Below, piece by piece: positions 56,620 through 64,000 of a stretch of DNA of 64,000 bases. Every line of letters begins with the position of its first letter. Within the stretch, counting starts at the first letter, position 1. The translations under genes were made by a program, and so were the position numbers. Where the stretch lies: positions 29,698,001 through 29,762,000 of the forward strand of contig NC_043007.1 of NCBI RefSeq assembly GCF_006345805.1. Reading direction: 5' to 3'. The stretch comes from Octopus sinensis. Lineage: Eukaryota. Under the pieces are notes generated by a model. The model searched no databases. It was not told where the DNA came from and worked only from the letters and a program-made list of their open reading frames with translations.

Positions 56620-57735
56620 CATAGATACATACACCCAAGCCCTTTTCCCCGTTTTTGTTTTAGGAGGTGGGTAGCCACAACAAGACACACACCAGGAATT
56701 CCATTCATTTCCCAGCTTAAAGAGGTGAGCCCCGTTCTAAACTCGGGTCATGGCATAGAACGCAGCTCCCAATATCAGTAGCGGGGCCCGACAGCATATG
56801 CTGGTTTACCCCCGCCACATCATGCTGGTTCCGTATCCCTTTGGACAACATCAAATTCACTCATCCGTCCACAAACACTTCCCAAGCTTTCCTATCATTT
56901 ACAAACACTTTTGCCTCTCTCGCTCCAACACCTCTGACCACCAAAGCTTTCCTCACTCCATCCATCCACACAAACCGAGGTCTGCCTCTGGTTCCGCTGC
57001 TTACCACTTCTGCCCTCATCAGCCTCCTTACGACCTCAACAATCATCTATCCATTTTGGTTGTTAGTTTTTCTCCCATTCCTGCTTGCCTTTGCACCTCT
57101 TCATTCCTCATCCTGTCCATCCGTGTCACACCAACCATAGCCATCAAACATCCAGTCATCAAACACATCCAGTCACCTTCTTTCCGCTTCTCTCAGCCCC
57201 CACGCCATATAACATTGTCGGCACACTCACGCCCTCATAAACACCAATTTTCGCTTTCATACTCAACCTTTCATCTCTCAGCATTCCTTTCACAACTCCA
57301 AATATCTTACTCCCCTCCCTCATCAGCCAACCTCTCCCCATCCGCCGTGACACCCACCTCCTCTAACACCTCACCATTTACACTCACACCCATCCTACCA
57401 GCCATTCCGTCTCTCGAACATCTCATCACTTTACTCTTAGCTACATTCACTTTCAGTTTCCTCCTCTCACACACCCTTCCAAACTCGACCACCACTCCCC
57501 TCGGTTGCTCTTTCCAATCAATCCGCCCCCGGTGCTCTATCATCAGCAGACAACAACTGACTCACCTGCCATTTCTCCCCATTTTCTCCCACCATTTGGA
57601 CTCCCCTGCCAAGGGTTCTAGCATTCACCTCTCTCACCACACCATCCATATATAGATTAAACAGTCACGGAGCCATCACACAACCTTGTCTTAACCCCAC
57701 CTTCACATCAAACCACCCACCCTAACGCACCTCCT
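56620..57735 (-). mobile_element. RTE-like LINE RT 3' fragment
   Basis: WFDVKVGLRQGCVMAP.LFNLYMD, LKVNVAKSKVM, PTMLYG and GRPRFVWMDGV motifs. Confidence 0.85.
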
Positions 57736-58249
57736 ATGTCTCTATAATAACTCTGAACAGCTCTGAAATATAAATAATAAATAATATTTCAGATGTTAGG
57801 GGGGGGCGGTAAATTTGCCTCAGGCTCAGATTTTCAAGAAGAAATGAAAAATAAATTAAGCTTTTAGAAAATGGCATCTCAAAATGGGAAGACTGTCCTT
57901 TGGATGGTGGAGTGATAGCCAAAGAGAGAAAGAATGTTCAAATATCTGATCAAAGTTACAACAGCGTCTCGCTTTTAGAGAAGCCATTGTTGGAGGGGTT
58001 GGGGGTCGGTGGTGTGGAAGAGAAACATTGAGCAGTCCAAGGAGGAAGAAAGGGATGAAGTTGCTGCGTTTGTAAATATACAACAACCTACGCTACGAAG
58101 CATTAGGGGCCACATAGGAACGACATTCGTCCAATTAACAAGTAAATCTTGGTTTTTACATTTGTAATCCCTAAGGTTAATAAAACTGAGTTTTACGGTA
58201 TATTTTGTCGACATAAAACAGAACACCTCACAAGGTTTGTAGATAATTA

Positions 58250-58890
58250 AAGATTATAAAGAATAATCTAAGAGCCAATGAGATATCTTTGATTACTAAA
58301 GCTAATTAACCTGACTTAATTATTGCTTAATGGAATATTTTATCAATAATACTTCAGATATTTTGTGAACATTTGGGGAGCCAAGCATGTCGTTTCTGTG
58401 TGGTCTGTACCATAGACAGTTGTTTACTTACAGTTTAACTAAAGAGAACCATCTCTAGGTCAGTTTAGTTAAAAAATAAGAAGCCATCTCCGTAGTTAAA
58501 CCTGGCATCTTTAAATATTTACTTGTCTCGTTGCAAATCAGGAATATCGAATCGTCTACAATAACTATTAAATCAATTGTCTCGTTTGCCGAGAACCGAT
58601 ATTACCTTTTTAAAGTAGATTTATTATCAATTCCTTTTTGAAATGTTCGAATGGAAATTTCCGTAAATTTCAATATGGTAAATTATATTTATCCATTAAC
58701 AAAACGGAATTCCGAACCTGAAGGGAATTACTCGCTTAATGAACGTAAGTCAAAATGAGACCAGCTGTGATATTGGCAGGTACAATCAACATTTTCTATC
58801 ACAACATGGAAGTTCACAGAAAACCTCATCTTTCATCTTTTTCAGATAATTAGAAGTTTTCTCCTGTTCTTGGATTGCAAAGGCGTAACT
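58250..58890 (-). mobile_element. Decayed Penelope-like RT N-terminal fragment
   Basis: LGSPNVHK..NIPL(frameshift)IIKS resembles the PLE RT motif YGLPKVHK..IPLRPIIS. Confidence 0.45.
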
Positions 58891-58947
58891 TTCTAGGGAA
58901 GATGTGACGTATCTGTTACAAGTCCACGAAAACCTACTCTACCTTCC

Positions 58948-58978
<31 letters not shown>

Positions 58979-59039
58979 TGTATGTATGTATGTATGTATG
59001 TATGTAGTATGTATGTATGTATGTATGTGTGTATGTAAA

Positions 59040-59160
59040 GTTAATCCAAACATTAAAACACAAAGAGAAAACACAACGCGAGGGAAACATAGGGAAAGGA
59101 AAGATCCAAGGAGGGGAAGACGGATGAAAAAAATCGCCAACGATACACACGCTGTCACGT
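59040..59160 (-). mobile_element. Family A repeat with internal deletion removing the HHR
   Basis: gttaatccaaaca..caacgcgagg joined directly to aaacatagg..ggaaagatcca. Confidence 0.6.
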
Positions 59161-59258
59161 ATGTACGTATGTATGTATGTGCAGATTTATATGTTTTGCT
59201 TTATGTATGTATTCTCCTGCATATAGTTGCATATCTAGACATGCTCATATATATTTAA

Positions 59259-59490
59259 ATTATAAACTTCTAGAAAGTTTTACAGATTTTTACAGTTCCA
59301 CTGATGGATTGGATCTGTAGTCTTCGAATCAGCTTTCTACTTTCTGGCTTTGAGAAGCTTAATTTCTCAAGATTGGTATTTAGGCACTCTGTTACCTATC
59401 CCAGGGCTCGAATAATTACAGGTATAAACCTGAACTTGTAACCTGGATAGAGTAACTGCAGATTTCTCAGTAGTTCAGCGTAGTTATTCT
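59259..59490 (-). mobile_element. RLE-LINE 3' end
   Basis: NYAELLRNLQLLYPGYKFRFIPVIIRALG..LQIQSISGTVKICKTFL. Confidence 0.65.
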
Positions 59491-59768
59491 TGTATGTATG
59501 TACATATGTATGTATGCATATTTGCGTGTATGTATAAAAGTGTGTATGGTTGCATATACGCATATATGTATGAATGTTTGCATTTATGCAAATATGTGTG
59601 TGTGTGGAGGGGGGCGTGTGTGTCGATAGATGTATGAATGCATATACATGCATGAGTATGTAGAATATGTACGTATATATGCAGTGTAAAGTATAAGACA
59701 GCATTGGACATTGAACTTTAATTAAAAACGTGACTGTTTTATGGGTGCATATAGTATGTGTGTCTTCC

Positions 59769-59818
<50 letters not shown>

Positions 59819-60049
59819 TATTATATTATATATATATATAATGTGAAATAGAAAGATGAATAATCTTGTAGTAGATTAATCAAAAGTTTAACCGATACCT
59901 TGGTAGCAAAATACACAGCAGTAAACAGCGCGGTTGGAGGTACAACCATATGGTGTTGCAACCGTGCGTTGGTGCGGATAATTGAAATTAAAATATTATT
60001 GGTGAATTGGAGAGAATGGAGCTGAACGCAGATTGAACAGAAATCGTTT

Positions 60050-60142
60050 TATTTCATTCTACACGTGTTTCGAAAGGCACAATTTACCAAAATCCGATTG
60101 AATAATGGGACCATATTGTGTCTTTCTCTTCAGGAAGAAATA
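60050..60142 (-). ncRNA. Type I hammerhead ribozyme (left inverted repeat)
   Basis: Reverse complement of 61824-61916. Confidence 0.82.
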
Positions 60143-60419
60143 GGAAATCGTTGGAAAAACAAAAACAGAACAGAGGCGGAGCAAAAACAAATCGAACTAG
60201 GCTCCTAAGAGCCCATGGCGAAACTGTTTATCAGTGTATGTTGAGAACCGGTGGCTGAAGAATTTAACGGGTCAGGCATCGGTCAATCATGTGGGTGAGG
60301 GTGTGTAGATGTTCTTTGTGACCGAGAATAAAGTTCTGACTATTTAAGGAATATTGGATGTTTTATAAGGGGCGAGAAAAAATCTACTTAGAGACGTGTG
60401 TGTGTATACTGTTCTATAT

Positions 60420-61235
60420 ATGTGTGCTGCCCTATCACCTTTTTCCGGAGGCACAGCCTCTTCCGCTCCCGGTTTAATGCTCAGTAGGAATAATTATAGT
60501 AGTAATAATGATATGAGAGCCAGTACAGTGACACATAATCTCAGCTCCAGCCAGGGAGTACCCACTAGGGGTATAGTTATAAATAGGGGTGTTGTGGTTG
60601 ACGGTAACAATGGGAGTAGGGTAGAGAGCCCCAATAGCATCCCCAGCATCATTTCCCGCAATAGCAGCACCACGGTCACTAGCAATGACAGCACTCTGAT
60701 AGATAGTGGAGAATCAGGGGTTATTCCTATAGTTAATAGTGACGTAGTGGAAAATAGAGTAGTAAGCGGCTGCAGGTCTCGGAACGAATATAGTGACAGG
60801 AACGCAGTTCTAATTTCAGAAATTAATCCTAGCAGAATAAGATTCACGTCGGCGAACTCCAAGATCAAAAACGCCGTCTACCAATGCAAGGTTTACACGG
60901 ACTCAGATGTCTTCACTTATGTAGGGGCCTCATCCTCAAGATTGTCTTTGCGAGTCTCCAACCATTACGCAACTTTTCGGGACATGAACAAGCGCCAGAG
61001 CACGGGACTCAGTAAGCTAATATGGCGACTGAAGCATACGAACTTAAGCTACAGGCTGGAATGGTCAATTTTGTCGGTGGCCCTCCCATTTGATAGGGGC
61101 AGAAGGCAGTGCAACCTTTGTGTCTCCGAACTCTTCCATATTTTGTTTGCCAGAGGCCGGATGGTAAACGGGCTTTTACAGTCGGCTTTTCGATGCCCCC
61201 ATTGGCGGCGTTACACTTATCTGGCTTTTAAATAG
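60420..61235 (+). CDS. GIY-YIG endonuclease (Penelope-type) with Ser/Asn/Val-rich N-terminal region
   Basis: Uninterrupted ORF; AVY..YVG bipartite motif, LRVSNH (Arg/His), TGLSKLIWRLK, LEWSIL, CNLC, conserved Glu (VSE), Asn (MVN) and CPH; first ATG at 60420. Confidence 0.82.
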   Translation: MCAALSPFSGGTASSAPGLMLSRNNYSSNNDMRASTVTHNLSSSQGVPTRGIVINRGVVVDGNNGSRVESPNSIPSIISRNSSTTVTSNDSTLIDSGESGVIPIVNSDVVENRVVSGCRSRNEYSDRNAVLISEINPSRIRFTSANSKIKNAVYQCKVYTDSDVFTYVGASSSRLSLRVSNHYATFRDMNKRQSTGLSKLIWRLKHTNLSYRLEWSILSVALPFDRGRRQCNLCVSELFHILFARGRMVNGLLQSAFRCPHWRRYTYLAFK

Positions 61236-61823
61236 CGTTTATAAATAATACCGGCACCCATAGCCCTTGGTAACAAATTCTGAAATAGCCTTTAAGATAT
61301 CTACGATTAACCACTGCAAGGGGAATTACTCCTGTAAGATAAACGGGGCTTGGTTTTTTCACAACGGGGGGTTTCCTTGACAAGGCAGGCTTAGATGAAC
61401 ACACACACACATAAAACATAATATATATATATATTTTTTTTTTCTGCCACCCAACGGTTCTCACTGCAGTAGCCACTGACAGCCGAACGATCAAACGCAC
61501 ACACGTACACAAAAAATGTTTTCTACCCCTACGCCAGCACACATATATAGAACAGTATACACACACACGTCTCTAAGTAGATTTTTTCTCGCCCCTTATA
61601 AAACATCCAATATTCCTTAAATAGTCAGAACTTTATTCTCGGTCACAAAGAACATCTACACACCCTCACCCACATGATTGACCGATGCCTGACCCGTTAA
61701 ATTCTTCAGCCACCGGTTTCAAACATACACTGATAAACAGTTTCGCCATGGGCTCTTAGGAGCCTAGTTCGATTTGTTTTTGCTCCGCCTCTGTTCTGTT
61801 TTTGTTTTTTCCAACGGATTTCC

Positions 61824-61916
61824 TATTTCTTCCTGAAGAGAAAGACACAATATGGTCCCATTATTCAATCGGATTTTGGTAAATTGTGCCTTTCGAAACA
61901 CGTGTAGAATGAAATA
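61824..61916 (+). ncRNA. Type I hammerhead ribozyme (right inverted repeat, sense to ORF)
   Basis: tatttc-ttc stem I; CTGAAGA 61833-61839; stem II gaaagacacaat/attgtgcctttc; GAAA 61895-61898; palindromic cacgtg; GTA triplet; gaa-t-gaaata. Confidence 0.85.
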
Positions 61917-61992
61917 AAACGATTTCTGTTCAATCTGCGTTCAGCTACATTTCTTCAATTCACCAATAATATTATATATATATATATATATA

Positions 61993-62215
61993 GTTAATCC
62001 AAACAAGAAAGCACAAAAAAAACACAACAACGCGAGGACGTGGAACAAATAAAGTATTATTGGACGCTCAGGAAAGAAGGAAAGAAGGAGGGTTTAACAT
62101 TTCGAGCGGAGCTCTTCGTCGGAAACATAGGAGAAGGAAAGATCCAGAGAAGTGAAGACAGAGGGAAAAAAATCGCCAGCGGTACACACGCGGTTACATT
62201 TTGAATGACCGGAAG
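61993..62215 (-). mobile_element. Family A repeat with minimal HHR-like motif at 62092-62126
   Basis: gttt-CCGACGA-a-GAGC-tcc-GCTC-GAAA-tg-TT-aaac. Confidence 0.65.
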
Positions 62216-62273
62216 GAATATATATATATAATATATATATATATAAAATTTATATACTATATGTATATATATA

Positions 62274-62314
<41 letters not shown>

Positions 62315-62319
<5 letters not shown>

Positions 62320-62667
62320 TATAATTTATATACTTATATGTATGTATGTGTGTTACACATATACACACAGGCACACATATTTATCCATCCATACATACAT
62401 GCATATATATATATACAGAGACAAGTGAGAGAAGGATAGGGGGAGGGAGAAGGGGATAGAGTGAGGTGTATCAGTATTTGATCAATTCTTTACGTTTGTG
62501 CGAGTGTCTGTTTATAGAGAAGATGTATGCAATCGGTTTCTGCTAGCGTAGCATTTCTATATATTTATTGTGTTGATATAAATTGATATGTTTGTAGTGT
62601 AAACTGGTACTTATAAAAACAAGAATGTTGCACTGTATATGTGTGTGTGTATCTATAAATATATATG

Positions 62668-62699
<32 letters not shown>

Positions 62700-63471
62700 C
62701 TACACACATTTTTTTCTCTCCTTGTTCTCTCCTTGTTTCTTTTTTGTGTCCCTTTCTGTTGAAGAGCGTAGGCTCGAAACGTAAAAGACATTTTCTATTC
62801 CTGAGCGTTATACTAATACATCTGTTTGTTTTGTACACCACCTGTCTTCGTCTTCTTTTTTTCGTAAACTCTCCCCATATATATATATATTATATATATA
62901 TATATATATAACTATATATATAATTTATATACTTATATGTATGTATGTGTGTTACACCATACACACAGGCACACATATTTATCCATCCATACATACATGC
63001 ATATATATATAACAGAGACAAGTGAGAGAAGGATAGGGGGAGGGAGAAGGGGATAGAGTGAGAGGTGTATCAGTATTTGATCAATTCTTTACGTTTGTGC
63101 GAGTGTCTGTTTATAGAGAAAGATGTATGCAATCGTATTTCTGCTAGCGTAGCATTTCTATATATTTATGTGTTGATAAATTGATATGTTTGTATGTGTA
63201 AACTGGTACTTATAAAAACAAGAATGTTGCACTGTATATGTTTTGTGTGTATCTATAAATATATATGCAAATATATATATATATAATATATATATATCTA
63301 CACCATTTTTTCTCTCCTTGTTTCTCTCCTTGTTTCTTTTTTGTGTCCCTTTCTGTTGAAGAGCGTAGGCTCGAAACGTAAAAGACATTTTCTATTCCTG
63401 AGCGTTATACTAATACATCTGTTTGTTTTGTACACCACCTGTCTTCGTCTTCTTTTTTTCGTAAACTCTCC

Positions 63472-63482
<11 letters not shown>
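62315..63482 (+). repeat. Tandem duplication of ~597 bp; each copy contains a family B repeat with a minimal HHR-like motif (62752-62787, 63349-63384)
   Basis: cttt-CTGTTGA-a-GAGC-gtag-GCTC-GAAA-cg-TA-aaag in both copies; copies differ mostly by small indels. Confidence 0.85.
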
Positions 63483-63551
<69 letters not shown>

Positions 63552-63804
63552 ATATATATATGTATATATATATATACATAGATACCTATATATATTTACG
63601 TATATATTTATACATACATATTTATATATGTGTATGTGTATATATAAATATATATATATATATACACGCACATATATATGTTAGTGTGTACGCGTGTGTA
63701 TGTGTGTAGAAATTTATGTGTGTGTGTGATTCTCTGAATTAAAATTTTATACTATTCTTATTCATACATACATACTGATACGCATAGACATGGCAGAAGT
63801 AAAT

Positions 63805-64000
63805 AGACACTCTTTTTATCATTAAAATTTTATCTAACTTTGTGTTTCCCTCACACTCCACCAGCTCTGATCGACCATCACTCCAGATTGCTCTCCAGAT
63901 CATCACAGAATAACTGCCGTGTTTCATTGTTGACTGCAATCTTTTCACATGAATTTCTTGATCACAGAATCCCCAAAGCCACACTCGACCAGTGTCAGGA
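63805..64000 (-). mobile_element. Tc1-like transposase fragment (runs off the window)
   Basis: GRVWLW..LQSTMKHGSYSVMIWRAIWSDGRSELVECEG. Confidence 0.75.

Larger units (their letters stand above)
59842..61973 (+). mobile_element. Penelope-like, apparently RT-less element: ~438-bp inverted repeats (59992-60429 / 61535-61973) around a GIY-YIG ORF, flanked by (TA)n
   Basis: Inverted repeats nearly identical by eye; an HHR in each; TA tracts at both ends. Confidence 0.88.

Noticed and set aside
56798-57655. 285-aa plus-strand ORF
   Set aside because: Antisense shadow of an RTE RT fragment on the minus strand
60494-60868. Hydrophobic minus-strand ORF
   Set aside because: Antisense to the low-complexity part of the GIY-YIG ORF; no independent support
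59992-61973. DNA transposon or MITE interpretation of the inverted repeats
   Set aside because: No DDE transposase; the repeats are asymmetric (left copy extends ~150 bp further) and carry HHRs plus GIY-YIG, which fits a Penelope-like origin

Overview
AT-rich eukaryotic intergenic or intronic DNA saturated with microsatellites. The tRNA-derived SINE families look like those of Octopus/cephalopod genomes (inference from recognition, not a database search). No host protein-coding gene is supported, and almost all ORFs in the track are microsatellite translations. The window holds decayed R4/Dong-like, CR1-like, RTE and L1/Tx1-like LINE fragments, Tc1/mariner and hAT remnants, and SINEs. The notable structure is a dense set of short elements embedded in (TA)n tracts that carry type I hammerhead-ribozyme (HHR) or HHR-like motifs with palindromic stem III. 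About 15-20 such motifs from several unrelated sequence families were read by eye, and several lie in fold-back (inverted-repeat) insertions. The best-preserved member (59842-61973) has ~438-bp near-identical inverted repeats, each with a canonical HHR, around an intact 272-codon ORF. That ORF encodes a Penelope-type GIY-YIG endonuclease with a low-complexity N-terminus and no recognisable reverse transcriptase. All RNA folds and alignments were made by eye and need computational confirmation.
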